DNA of 64,000 bases from an uncultured bacterium (GTDB taxonomy: Bacteria; SAR324; NAC60-12). Positions 49,406-59,608 of this stretch are shown here, in pieces. Below the pieces are notes generated by a model. That model was given only the letters and a program-made list of their open reading frames with translations. It was not told the DNA's origin and ran no database searches. The DNA lies in contig CAXGMD010000002.1 in assembly GCA_964010765.1 (NCBI GenBank), forward strand, positions 32,001 through 96,000, in the 5' to 3' direction. How positions within the stretch are numbered: position 1 is the stretch's first letter; the number at the start of each line of letters is the position of its first letter. The position numbers were made by a program, and so were the translations under genes.

Positions 49406-50197
49406 ATGCAAGCGGTGGCTTTTCAAAATCAAAAGGGTGGTGTCGGCAAATCGACCTTGAGCCTTTTGGTTGCAGAGCAATTGGCACAAATTGGTAGGGA
49501 AGTCATTTTTTTGGACAATGACCCTCAGGGAAATTCCACCCAATGGTTCTTGAATCGGCTCACGGATGCAGATTACCCTCTGATCCTCGAAGAACTCCAA
49601 ACGAAGAATCTTTACAATCTTCTTCAAGAGCGCATCTCACCACAAAATGCGCTGTTGGAATTGCCTGAAACCTCTCTAAAACTGTTAGCCGCAACACCGA
49701 ATTACGAACAAGCCAAGACGGCTTTCCGCGATCAACCTGGCCATGAAAACTTGTTCAGGATGTTGCTGCGAGAGCTCAGGACGGAGTACCTGGTTTGTGA
49801 TACGCCTGGAGAGTTGTCACTGCTAACAAATTGGAGTTTGTCCATTTGTGATGTGATCGTAATTCCGGTGCAAACTGAGATGTTTGCCGTAGAGACCCTA
49901 CCCATCCAGCTAGAGCGAATACGAACATCTCGCAAATATCTGAACCCTGAACTTAAGAAGGTTTATCTGCTTCCAAACCTTTTTGATACCCGTCTGAAAT
50001 CTTGCCACTACGCTCTTGAATATCTTGTTGATCATTATCGCAATATGTTGATTTTTCATGACGACCACCAGCCACTTTGGATCCCAAAACGCGCTGAGGT
50101 GATGGGATTTATTGATAGTCATGAGCCGGTTCGTAGTGCTGAATTGAAGAATCGTCTGCAGGTTTTGGTGCAGGCCCTATTTCCGGAGTTTACATGA
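49406..50197 (+). CDS. ParA/Soj family ATPase
   Basis: Deviant Walker A NQKGGVGKST, LDNDPQGNST, CDTPG, VIPVQTE, NLFDTR. Confidence 0.9.
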   Translation: MQAVAFQNQKGGVGKSTLSLLVAEQLAQIGREVIFLDNDPQGNSTQWFLNRLTDADYPLILEELQTKNLYNLLQERISPQNALLELPETSLKLLAATPNYEQAKTAFRDQPGHENLFRMLLRELRTEYLVCDTPGELSLLTNWSLSICDVIVIPVQTEMFAVETLPIQLERIRTSRKYLNPELKKVYLLPNLFDTRLKSCHYALEYLVDHYRNMLIFHDDHQPLWIPKRAEVMGFIDSHEPVRSAELKNRLQVLVQALFPEFT

Positions 50198-50931
50198 CTA
50201 CTCGCTCACAATATCAGCGCAATGCTTCCAGGCGCAGCCAACATCAAATGAGCTCAGACAATGACGGTCAAGAAGTCCTTCAGTTTAATCCTCTAAGGAG
50301 ATTGGAATTTGAAACGATTGAATTGGTCAGAAGTATTGAGGCTCGTGAACATCGGATGCAACAGGATAAGAGGCAGGTGCTCTTAAATATTTACAAAATT
50401 TATACAGAGCACTTCAGCGAATTGGAGGAGAAGCACCAAAGGGATTTAGCGCTTTATATTGAAGAGGTTATACAAGTCCAGGATCGGAAAACGGCCCTCA
50501 GCGATGCAAAGATCATCGAAATGATCCAAACTCATGGTTCAGCGGGCTTGCTGGAAATGGATGTCCGTGGGATGCTTTATTCTCTCCGTCGGATTGCCTA
50601 TTTGAAAGATCCCGCAGATCCACTCAGAGCCCATCAAAAGCAGCAGGAACTCTTGGACCAACTGGACAGTATTTCTCGGGAAGAATTAGAACTCTCTCTA
50701 AGAATCTTCAGAGAACAAACAAAATTGAGAAACCACGGCTCCCAACAAAAAAGTTCTGAGAAATCTTGGCAACAAAAAATCGACCGAAAAAATGGTCGTA
50801 TCGTTTTATCCCAGATCCCAGCAAAGCGTTTAGACAAACTGAATCGCCTTCTTCTTCAGATGGATGATGAAATTTTGGATGAAATGCTCGGCATGATAGA
50901 AAGAAATCATCCCAAGCGTGTTTTGAACTGA
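50194..50931 (+). CDS. Hypothetical charged helical protein coupled to ParA
   Basis: 245-aa ORF with ATGA overlap with the ParA stop; I recognise no ParB motif. Confidence 0.75.
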   Translation: MTTRSQYQRNASRRSQHQMSSDNDGQEVLQFNPLRRLEFETIELVRSIEAREHRMQQDKRQVLLNIYKIYTEHFSELEEKHQRDLALYIEEVIQVQDRKTALSDAKIIEMIQTHGSAGLLEMDVRGMLYSLRRIAYLKDPADPLRAHQKQQELLDQLDSISREELELSLRIFREQTKLRNHGSQQKSSEKSWQQKIDRKNGRIVLSQIPAKRLDKLNRLLLQMDDEILDEMLGMIERNHPKRVLN

Positions 50932-50945
50932 AACGAGAAAATCAG

Positions 50946-51800
50946 ATGACCCTCCAACTTGACTCACTTATTGAATCCGCTGACTTGGCTAATCACTTAG
51001 GTAATCTAAATTTGAAAATTATTGACGGTAGTTGGCATCTTCCAAAAGCGAACAGAGACGGTTGGCAAGAGTTTGAAAAAGAGCACATTCCCGGGGCAGT
51101 GTTTCTTGATTTGGATGAATTTTCTGATCAGGATAGTGAATTGCCCCATACCCTTCCTTCCGAAGAATATTTTTCTAGCAAGGTAGGTGAACTGGGCATT
51201 GATAATGAGAGTTGGGTCGTGGTCTATGATTCTACCGGATTGTTTTCTGCAGCTCGAATTTGGTGGATGTTCAGAACCTTTGGTCATCACAAGGTTTCCC
51301 TGCTCAATGGGGGTCTCCCAAAGTGGAAATCAGAAGGGCGAGAATTGGCCAGGGGTTCGCAAAAAGTTGATCCTGTAAAATTCGATGCTGTTTTAGAACC
51401 AGGACTTGTCGTTGACTGGGAAGCTACAAAGCTGACGTCTCAGAATGAGGCGGCAGTAATTCTTGATGCCCGTCCAGCAGAGAGATTTGCTGGTGAAGTT
51501 CAAGAACCCAGACCAGGGCTAAGAAGTGGACATATTCCTCATTCGAAAAATCTGCCATTTATGGATTTGCTGGAGGGTCCTTACCGAATGATGATTTCAG
51601 AGGATAATTTAAAAGAGCTTTTTCAAAGATCTGAAATTCTTCAAAACAATGAGATTGTCTGTTCCTGTGGTTCAGGAGTCACCGCTTGTATCTTGGCTTT
51701 GGGATTACATCTAACAGGTCATGATAATGTCAAAATTTACGATGGTTCCTGGACCGAATGGGGTGCAAGAGAAGATCTCCCGATTGAAACAGGAAACTGA
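50946..51800 (+). CDS. sseA: 3-mercaptopyruvate sulfurtransferase (tandem rhodanese)
   Basis: HIPGAVF, LPHTLP, ARIWWMF, DARPAERF, GHIP, active site CGSGVTA, YDGSWTEW. Confidence 0.92.
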   Translation: MTLQLDSLIESADLANHLGNLNLKIIDGSWHLPKANRDGWQEFEKEHIPGAVFLDLDEFSDQDSELPHTLPSEEYFSSKVGELGIDNESWVVVYDSTGLFSAARIWWMFRTFGHHKVSLLNGGLPKWKSEGRELARGSQKVDPVKFDAVLEPGLVVDWEATKLTSQNEAAVILDARPAERFAGEVQEPRPGLRSGHIPHSKNLPFMDLLEGPYRMMISEDNLKELFQRSEILQNNEIVCSCGSGVTACILALGLHLTGHDNVKIYDGSWTEWGAREDLPIETGN

Positions 51801-51803
51801 GAT

Positions 51804-54800
51804 TCAAATAATCAGAGAAATTCTTGGTAAGCGGTAAATGCGTTTTTCCTCACGAGCTACAATTGCTTCAGCCACCCATTCTATCTGCTGACCTACCTCC
51901 GTCTTCTCCAGAACTTCTACGAGTACGGTTAGCTCATTCGTTCCCGGCCGCACTTCTCCTCTGAATTCCCACTTCCATTCTGAATCTAAAGGCCATTCTA
52001 CTTTTTCAGAAATGGATCGATGAGGTGTCCCTTCGGCCAATGCTCTCAAGGCTTGCAGTGCAGCTTCAATCCCTAAGGATCCTGGCATGACTGGATCGTC
52101 GTGAAAGTGGCAGGGATAATACCAATCTTGGTTGTCAACAAATCTGCGCCCAACCACTCTTCCTAGTCCTCTTTCACCCCCCTCAGGATCAAGTTGGACT
52201 TGATGAAGTAAATACAGATGGCCTAGTTGAGGGCAATCCAACCAGGGTAGTTCGGGTGAAGCTTGCCAATCTGGGTCTGGATATCTTTGACGCTGTCGTT
52301 CGAGCGCCCACTCTGGAAAATAGCCAAACAGGGCAACTCCCTCCAGAAAGGGATGATCTGGGGAGAGATCAGTACTCATTTGGTATGTGAAATGTTCGAT
52401 GACCTGCCCATCAAAGCGCGTCATTCGGTCAAGTTGAACATTTGTCAGAATCTTTCGGTCTCTCAGTTCTGGGCGTTCCAATAGCTTTGCGTGCCCCTCA
52501 ACTAATCTGAAGTGAAGATCATCATCTGGAAATTCAAAAATGCTTCCCATCCAAGCTCCCAAGAAACCACAGGGCTGGAGAGCGATTTCCAAGAGGACGC
52601 TTGCTGGTAAGGGCGCGATGCTGGTCCTATCTGAGAAATACCAGTCCATTTCGTTCACATCGTATTCGGCAATCAAACTTGCTGGCTTAGAAAAATTCCT
52701 TGGTTCTCCTGATACTTCCAAAACTCTGGTAAGTAGCTTGAGGTCTAAGCAGGGATTTCGCTGAACAAAGGGTCTCGCATCAAAGGGGGCGTAATGCTCT
52801 CCAAAACACTTGGCGACTGAGCCATCAGCAAAATTCTGAATGGCTACCTCATCGAAAGCAGGTTTGGCCTTAGTGTCTGAAACTGTGCCGATTGAAAAAT
52901 TAATCTCGTCTGATTTCTTCTCAACTAAACGCACCCCAACATCTCTAAAGTCCACAACAATGCGATCTTCAACAAGTACATCAATGTTGGCGATCATGTA
53001 GGGTTCTGGATGCAAGCCAATTTCTTTGACTTCAAGTCGATAGGTCATCAAAGAATCTGAGGGAATAACTTGGCCCCGACATCGAACAATTTGGGGAAGG
53101 TTGAGGATCGGTTCAAAGCTGGCGTCTTCAGTAAGAGTCTGCAGTCCTAGGTAAAGCATGTAGAATTGCAGCAATTGAACGCAGCCTTCTGCGATCAGCG
53201 AGCCAGCCATCACAGGATCCTTGTAAAAGTGGCAAGTGAAGTACCAGTCGTCCGGACGAAGTTGCTTCTCTGATTCCACAATTCCCAATCCCCAAGCGCC
53301 ACCTTTGGAATCCATCTTCAGAATGCGATCATTCATCAGTAGTTGTTCAGGTGCCATCCTCAGAGAAGAATTTTTTTGGTTCTGATCATACTCTTCACCA
53401 AAGCATCTTGATGGATTACCTTGAACCAAGTGCAATAAGTCCACTCGCTCAAAAGCTGTCTGATTACATTTAAGTAGTGGAGAGAAATTAGTCGACTGAA
53501 TCTGTTGGCGGGCCTCGATTTCTTTCTCGGTATGAATCACTCCCTTGCCCTGATCAAGCTCCTCTTTAGTAAAGAATCCTGCACAACCTCCATCCATTTT
53601 GAGTACCATCTGATCATCAACGAAGCACTCGTAATGGAAGAAAAACAGGAGGCTTTCGCCATGTCTGGCGAAGGAGTCGATGTGAATTTCATACCTTAGT
53701 GTTTGACCACCCCTAGGGAGGGCCGCCATGAATGTCATGGTGCAATCGAGCAGGCGATAGACCCGGTTTCCCCTATTTTGGAAATCAATGCCTAGATAGC
53801 TGATCAACATTAGGTCACACTGACCAGACTCAATCGCTACAGCCCAAGGGATGCGCTCATCGGTAGCAAACCAAGCCTGTTTGGGGATGTCATATTCAGT
53901 TGTGATGCGGCAGGGTTTGAATTGGTGGGGCTCTGCTTCCAGTTCTGTGACTCTTGTAACAAGCAGATAGGGATCTAAAGGCAACCGAACACAGCGTTCA
54001 TAGCTGTCAATGATAGCGTAGTCCTGGCCAAAAACTTCAGCAATTCGTCCTCCAGCAAACTCAAGTAAGTCTTGATGATCAAAAACTACTTTTTTCCCGG
54101 TGTGGTCAGTTTTAAAAGTATTCCCTGTGATTGTCCCCAAGGTTTTAGGTGCAGAACTTCGCTTAGCTTCCTTGCCAATGCTTAGAAATTCTGGTGAAGG
54201 AATGTCTTCTTGAATTGGCGAGATTTGGGTTAATTCAACTGGACGGTTTGATTGTAGAAGATTTTGAACCATTCCTCTAAAAGCAGTTTCTCTCAAGCTG
54301 AGGAAAGTTCGGTGTGCCTGATGGTGGCTTTGTGGGGTGTATAAATGAAAGCCGGAGGGTAAAGTCGGCTTTGATGAAATTTCTGGGGTGGCTGGTTTGT
54401 GTCCGACCCGACGCAACCAATTTTTCAATGCAGGTTCTTGCTGAAGCAAGTGCTTGAACTTGTCAGGAATTCTCTCAGAACCCAGAATAACCTTTCGTAT
54501 AAGTTGTTGATCTGAAATGGATTTTATCCCTGATAAGGGATTTCTTTGGAGATTGTTTGCTTGACTCAGAAGACCGCCAATCAATCTCAGCATTCCATTT
54601 GCTGCCCCACAATGTCCAAATAATTCCTGAACTCGCTCACTTTCTAATTCAAGTACATCGAGGGCCTGATAGATTTTATTAGAATTTCTGGAATCTAGGT
54701 TTTGAAGAACTATGGCTCCTCCGCCTTCCCCCAAAATGCTATCTTCTTTTGCAGAAAGCATCCTTTCCAAATTTGCCTGAAGGTCCACAGCTACCAAAAC

Positions 54801-56810
54801 AAGACCATCGAGATCCTCTTCGACAAAAAGCCATTTAGCGATTTGAAGGCATTTCTCAATAGAATCTGCACCCATGGAAACAGTAAAAGCAGGCCCATGA
54901 AAATCATGAAGTGCCGCTATTCTGGAAGCCATCAAGTTGCCTATGGTACTTGTAAAGCTGTTTACGGTTTCGGGTTGAGGCCACGTCTGACGTATGATTT
55001 CAATTAATTGGGCTAATTGATTTTGTGAGTTTTCATCATGAATTAATTCACCAAAGGCCTGACGTAATTGAGCTTCCAACTGAAGTCTTCCTCGGAACTG
55101 GTGAATTTCAGCGTCAGTGTCCATGGCGATCAAAACCGCCACTTTACTGCCGTATTCCAATCCTGCGTCCTGAATCGCTTTTTCAGCCAATTGAATCGCC
55201 AAAAGCTGCTGAGGAATGAGTTGTTCTTTTTCATGGGGAGGCAGTTTCAGTTCTCTTAAATCAATATCAAATGATTCCAAGAATGCAGCTTTATGGACGG
55301 AAGAAGTCTCCATTCCTCGCCACCTTCTGGGAGGCAAGGGTCTAAACTGGGTTTCACGCTGCTTTAATGCCTCAGCCATTTTAATACGATTCGAACAACC
55401 CCCAAAACACGCTTCAAATCCAGTTATATACAAAGGTAGTTTTTGACCTTGAATCGATTCTTCAGAAGGTTCCTGAATCTGATCCTGTAGAATCAGGTGA
55501 GCATTTGTTCCCCCAAAACCAAAGGAATTGATTGCTCCAATGCGAGGAATTTCTGATTTGAGCCAGGGAGAGGGTGATCTTACGATTTTTCCTTCAGGTA
55601 GTTGTGGGTTTTCAATGCGGATCGAGGCAGGAATTGATTGGGTCTCAAAAGCACCCAGGATTTTACCAACGCTGCTCATTCCAGCTGCAGTGAGCATGTG
55701 CCCAACATTGGATTTAACGGAGCCCAACAGAGGAAAATTTTCACCGAAGAAATCTGAGATTGACTCTGCTTCAATGCGATCCCCCAAAGGGGTGCCTGTG
55801 GCATGGCATTCAAGATAGTTGACTTCACCTGGATTTAGCACGGCCTCCTCATAGGCTCGCTCATAGGCTCTTTTTTGGCCAACGGGGTTAGGGCTTAGCA
55901 CAAATTTACCTTTACCATCATTGGACCATCCGCTCCCTCGAATCACACCTAAGATGGGTGGCGTCTGATTCTTTGCATCTTCAAATCTGCGAAGTAAGAC
56001 CATCCCCACCCCTTCACTCGCATAAAGACCCTGGGAGTTTTTATCGAGTGGAGCGCTTGTCTCATTGTTCTGTGGATATGCTTGTAGCAGTGAGAACCCT
56101 GAGTGTATGAAAAAAGGATCAGCGGCGCTTACAGCTCCAGCAAGAACCCAGTCTACTTCCCCACTCCGCAGAGCCATGCATCCTAGCCGAATGGCATATA
56201 ATGAAGAAGCACAAGCTGCATCAATTGAAAACGTGCATTCTCCAAGGCCAAGTTCTCTTTTCAGAAACTGAGCAGGACCACTGGCTGTTGAAAGATGTTG
56301 AATCGCTTCTCTTGAGCTTGATTTGGAAATTTCAGGCAATTCAAAATTTTCAGTTCCACAAGCTTCGCGCAGTTCTCTTTCCCAAAACTCACGATAGAAA
56401 TCCATCACAGTTTGATTGGATGATCTCGAGGGAAACGAGAGATTTCCGAGGATGAGGCCTCCGCGAGGGTGTTTGGCTTTTTCTACTTCGATACCTCCTT
56501 GAAAAAGAGCCTGTCTAGCAACTTGCAAGGGCCAACGATAAGACGGATCAAGATTTCTCCAATCCTCCTCTGTCCAGTCTACTGGTTTGACGACCTTTCG
56601 TTCATCAATATACCCCCCTTGTCGACAATAGAGTCTGTGGGGTGTCCCTCTCGTGGATGAGAAAAACTGCTGAGTTGGTAGAGAGAAATCTTCGTCAGTT
56701 GCTGTCCTCCACGATGGTCGTTCTTCATTGAGAAAATTAGCAAAAGACTCCAGTGAATTTCCATCAGGAAATAGGCACGCAAATCCAGTAATAGCAATTG
56801 GAGAGGTCAT
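51804..56810 (-). CDS. pfaC: PfaC-like PUFA synthase subunit: KS-CLF-(pseudoDH/DH)x2
   Basis: KS DAACASS, ECHATGT, GHMLTAAG; CLF region PQQLL...GNLMASRIA; ESGQCDL, YRLLDC; FabA-like DH motifs FTCHFYKDPVMAGSL and YPCHFHDDPVMPGSLG. Confidence 0.85.
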   Translation of the reverse strand: MTSPIAITGFACLFPDGNSLESFANFLNEERPSWRTATDEDFSLPTQQFFSSTRGTPHRLYCRQGGYIDERKVVKPVDWTEEDWRNLDPSYRWPLQVARQALFQGGIEVEKAKHPRGGLILGNLSFPSRSSNQTVMDFYREFWERELREACGTENFELPEISKSSSREAIQHLSTASGPAQFLKRELGLGECTFSIDAACASSLYAIRLGCMALRSGEVDWVLAGAVSAADPFFIHSGFSLLQAYPQNNETSAPLDKNSQGLYASEGVGMVLLRRFEDAKNQTPPILGVIRGSGWSNDGKGKFVLSPNPVGQKRAYERAYEEAVLNPGEVNYLECHATGTPLGDRIEAESISDFFGENFPLLGSVKSNVGHMLTAAGMSSVGKILGAFETQSIPASIRIENPQLPEGKIVRSPSPWLKSEIPRIGAINSFGFGGTNAHLILQDQIQEPSEESIQGQKLPLYITGFEACFGGCSNRIKMAEALKQRETQFRPLPPRRWRGMETSSVHKAAFLESFDIDLRELKLPPHEKEQLIPQQLLAIQLAEKAIQDAGLEYGSKVAVLIAMDTDAEIHQFRGRLQLEAQLRQAFGELIHDENSQNQLAQLIEIIRQTWPQPETVNSFTSTIGNLMASRIAALHDFHGPAFTVSMGADSIEKCLQIAKWLFVEEDLDGLVLVAVDLQANLERMLSAKEDSILGEGGGAIVLQNLDSRNSNKIYQALDVLELESERVQELFGHCGAANGMLRLIGGLLSQANNLQRNPLSGIKSISDQQLIRKVILGSERIPDKFKHLLQQEPALKNWLRRVGHKPATPEISSKPTLPSGFHLYTPQSHHQAHRTFLSLRETAFRGMVQNLLQSNRPVELTQISPIQEDIPSPEFLSIGKEAKRSSAPKTLGTITGNTFKTDHTGKKVVFDHQDLLEFAGGRIAEVFGQDYAIIDSYERCVRLPLDPYLLVTRVTELEAEPHQFKPCRITTEYDIPKQAWFATDERIPWAVAIESGQCDLMLISYLGIDFQNRGNRVYRLLDCTMTFMAALPRGGQTLRYEIHIDSFARHGESLLFFFHYECFVDDQMVLKMDGGCAGFFTKEELDQGKGVIHTEKEIEARQQIQSTNFSPLLKCNQTAFERVDLLHLVQGNPSRCFGEEYDQNQKNSSLRMAPEQLLMNDRILKMDSKGGAWGLGIVESEKQLRPDDWYFTCHFYKDPVMAGSLIAEGCVQLLQFYMLYLGLQTLTEDASFEPILNLPQIVRCRGQVIPSDSLMTYRLEVKEIGLHPEPYMIANIDVLVEDRIVVDFRDVGVRLVEKKSDEINFSIGTVSDTKAKPAFDEVAIQNFADGSVAKCFGEHYAPFDARPFVQRNPCLDLKLLTRVLEVSGEPRNFSKPASLIAEYDVNEMDWYFSDRTSIAPLPASVLLEIALQPCGFLGAWMGSIFEFPDDDLHFRLVEGHAKLLERPELRDRKILTNVQLDRMTRFDGQVIEHFTYQMSTDLSPDHPFLEGVALFGYFPEWALERQRQRYPDPDWQASPELPWLDCPQLGHLYLLHQVQLDPEGGERGLGRVVGRRFVDNQDWYYPCHFHDDPVMPGSLGIEAALQALRALAEGTPHRSISEKVEWPLDSEWKWEFRGEVRPGTNELTVLVEVLEKTEVGQQIEWVAEAIVAREEKRIYRLPRISLII

Positions 56811-56850
56811 GAGATGATTTGAATTTAAGCCCGAGGAATGGTTGGCAAAT

Positions 56851-57231
56851 TTATTTGTTTTTTGGGATTCGCCAATGAGCGATTAGCCCGGCAATTAAGG
56901 TAAAGGTGAGTAAATAATGGACAGTTACAGGGAGTTTAAGTTCATTGCCCCAAAGAAGTAGAACCAGGCCGCTAATTACTAGACCGATTCCAGAGATCAG
57001 TTGTAAGGATCCAGATAGCAATGTCCACGAAAACTTTGTAAGTCTGCTTCGATGTGTATTGAGATGATCAATGGCATACATGGGGAAAATCACAATGAAG
57101 AAGAAACCAACCCAGATATGCAATAGTGAGATAAAGAGATCTTCTTCATCAATAGGAAGGCTATCCTGCCAAGTCAAAATCAGACCCGTCACGATTAAGA
57201 AGCAGGCACTTGCAATAACAAGTCGTCTCAT
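56851..57231 (-). CDS. 4-TM membrane protein with paired His residues (putative cytochrome b-like)
   Basis: Four hydrophobic helices; His38/His56 and His105/His119; TG and SG motifs; ATGA overlap with the upstream KR-DH ORF stop. Confidence 0.7.
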   Translation of the reverse strand: MRRLVIASACFLIVTGLILTWQDSLPIDEEDLFISLLHIWVGFFFIVIFPMYAIDHLNTHRSRLTKFSWTLLSGSLQLISGIGLVISGLVLLLWGNELKLPVTVHYLLTFTLIAGLIAHWRIPKNK

Positions 57232-59516
57232 CCCTTCGATTTGTTCTGAAACAAAGGTTTCAATTTTTCACTGAAGGTTACCGCAACTCCTTCAAGACGA
57301 AGCACACAATTGTTCGATTCATCCAAGAAGACCAAATTGGCAAGCAGTTGAGAGGTTCCTGACAGTTTTTCGTCCTCAATCTTGATCTTGTATTTAGAAC
57401 TTCGGAGAGGAGCGAGAAATGAACCGCTTTCAATCGACAACGGTAGGCTTGGTAAGTTCGTCATTTCACGACCTTTGACTAGCATCGCTTGAAGTCCTGC
57501 ATCCATCAAAAGTGGAGCAAATTGATTCCCAACCCAATTCTTGATTTTCTCAATAGGAACTGGAGGCAGATTCACCTCAAAAGAACTAATCTCGTTCTTT
57601 GACAAAGTTGAGAGGACTTTGAAGTAGTTTTCATGAAAAAGAGTGCCATTTTCATACGCATCAAATTTTGATGGCTCACAAGGAAGGGCAACAATTTGAC
57701 GGGTTGGTTTAGGCGCAGAAGCAGCTAAGAAAACCTCTACTTGATAGTGTTGTTTAGTGAGTGATTTCTTCTTCTGTAAGCTTTGTAAAGCAACACTGAT
57801 TTGAATCGTTCCATCAGATTCGCTTGTAAAACTGCCCTTGATGGTAAAAGAATGTGAGATCTGTTCATCAAATCGGAGTCCCTGAAGAACTTTAAAGTTT
57901 TGAAATTTTTGGACTTTGTAGCCTTGATAGTGATCCTCTGACGCTCTGAGAAGCAAAGCCAGTGCGTAGGTCGCTGGCAGAACAGGAACGCCTCCTATTG
58001 AGTGATTTGTGAAAAGAGTGTTGTCTTCGAGTTTGAGGAAAATCGACTCTTCCCAATTTTCTGCGGAAATGGGTAAATCTTTTCCCCGAATATCGTTACC
58101 AACGACAAAAATTGGTGAAGGAAATTGATCATTGCTTAATGCTGTTTCTGCAAAGAGCTTAGCTCCTTCTCCCCTCGGGATTACTTGAACCCCTCTCTGC
58201 TGAAAAAGTTTTTTCAAATTCTCATCCACCATTCCCCCATCCCAAGGACCCCAATTGTAACTGACCACCTTGATGGTCGGATGCTTTCTGATTAGATCCC
58301 AAGCTATTTGATTGATCGCTTCATTGGCAATTGCGTAATCCGACTGTCCTGGATTTCCGAAAAATCCTGCTCCTGAAGAAAACAACAAGACATGGCTAAG
58401 TTTTGAAGGATCTAGCACTTTCCAAAGATTACGGAATCCGTTGATCTTTGTGCCGTAAACTAGCTCAAAATCCTGAATCGACTTTTGCTCGAGTTTCCGG
58501 TCCGCAAGAACCCCAGCTCCATGAATCAGACCAGTGATCTCTCCATGTTGTTGGATGATTGGCTTAATCGTATCTCCCAATGCACTATGATTGGAGATGT
58601 CTGCTTGAACATAAACAGGAGTTGCCCCCAATTCCTTGAGTTTTTGGATGGTAAAGTTGATCTCTCGGCTTGCTTGAACCTGCTTGATCAAATGATTAAC
58701 TAACTTGGGGGTTGCCTTCTCTCCTTTAGTTTTGAATTCATTCAGGACAGCTTCTTTTAAATCTTTGTCAGGGACTTCGGAAGCCCAGGCTGGCTCCTCT
58801 TCAAGTACAGTCCTTCCCAGTAAAATGAAAGTGTCTGGACTTAGTTTGGCAAGCGCGAGTAGGCAATCTGAGGTAACTCCTTTGGCACCGCCACTAACAA
58901 GCCAAACTCTGGATGAAAGAGGTAGTTCCTGTTGAGATAGTTGCGGGATATGAAGAACTCTTTCGTATTCCCATCTCTGGAGATTTTGATCCCAACCCAC
59001 CTGATTACGGCTCAGATTTGGGTCATTCCATTCCAGCCATAACAATTCAGCAAACTTTGTTGATTCAAAATCTTTATGTAAATCAATAAAGCGCCCATGA
59101 GTAGCGACCCATTCAGCCTGAACGGTTTTTGCCAAAGCAGAAAGGCTTTGAGCAACTTGAAACGATCCATTCTCAAAGGAACCAAGATTTCCAGATCCTT
59201 GAGTTACATATAATACAGGGCCTTCTGTGGCTAACCTACTCTTTATGGCACCAGAAAAAATCAAAGCATGTTGAAGCCAGATATCACCATCATAATCCAG
59301 TTCTTCTTTAGATCCAATCATCCTGGGATGTAACCAGATAACACCTTTGAAAAGCTGGTTACCTTCAAGAATGCTGTTGAGTTCTTCTTTTAGACTCATT
59401 GCATCTTCATGTTGATTCCAATCAATTTGCTTCATAGAAAGAGAATCAATCTTAAAGCCCTTTGATTCCCATAGTTTTTTGATTGCACTTAGATGGTCAG
59501 CATCATTTTCTACCAC
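57228..59516 (-). CDS. pfaA: PfaA C-terminal half (KR plus PKS-type DH); frame open from 59645, probably reached by frameshift
   Basis: VSGGAKGVT, IHGAGVLAD, FSSGAGFFGNPGQSDYAIANE, NWGPWDGGMV, DH motif HSIGGVPVLP, LFH, DAGLQ. No evident RBS before the GTG at 59516. Confidence 0.82.
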   Translation of the reverse strand: MVENDADHLSAIKKLWESKGFKIDSLSMKQIDWNQHEDAMSLKEELNSILEGNQLFKGVIWLHPRMIGSKEELDYDGDIWLQHALIFSGAIKSRLATEGPVLYVTQGSGNLGSFENGSFQVAQSLSALAKTVQAEWVATHGRFIDLHKDFESTKFAELLWLEWNDPNLSRNQVGWDQNLQRWEYERVLHIPQLSQQELPLSSRVWLVSGGAKGVTSDCLLALAKLSPDTFILLGRTVLEEEPAWASEVPDKDLKEAVLNEFKTKGEKATPKLVNHLIKQVQASREINFTIQKLKELGATPVYVQADISNHSALGDTIKPIIQQHGEITGLIHGAGVLADRKLEQKSIQDFELVYGTKINGFRNLWKVLDPSKLSHVLLFSSGAGFFGNPGQSDYAIANEAINQIAWDLIRKHPTIKVVSYNWGPWDGGMVDENLKKLFQQRGVQVIPRGEGAKLFAETALSNDQFPSPIFVVGNDIRGKDLPISAENWEESIFLKLEDNTLFTNHSIGGVPVLPATYALALLLRASEDHYQGYKVQKFQNFKVLQGLRFDEQISHSFTIKGSFTSESDGTIQISVALQSLQKKKSLTKQHYQVEVFLAASAPKPTRQIVALPCEPSKFDAYENGTLFHENYFKVLSTLSKNEISSFEVNLPPVPIEKIKNWVGNQFAPLLMDAGLQAMLVKGREMTNLPSLPLSIESGSFLAPLRSSKYKIKIEDEKLSGTSQLLANLVFLDESNNCVLRLEGVAVTFSEKLKPLFQNKSKG

Positions 59517-59608
59517 TAAGACAGAACCGACTTGTCTGGAGATTTGATGTGGAGGAGGTATCGGAGTGAGGACTGCCCAACCAAGTTCGAGTTGGGTGTC
59601 TTCAGAAT

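Noticed and set aside
49406..50197. Chromosomal parAB/origin region or plasmid replicon
   Set aside because: No ParB, rep, dnaA or gidAB genes nearby, and I noticed no parS palindrome.
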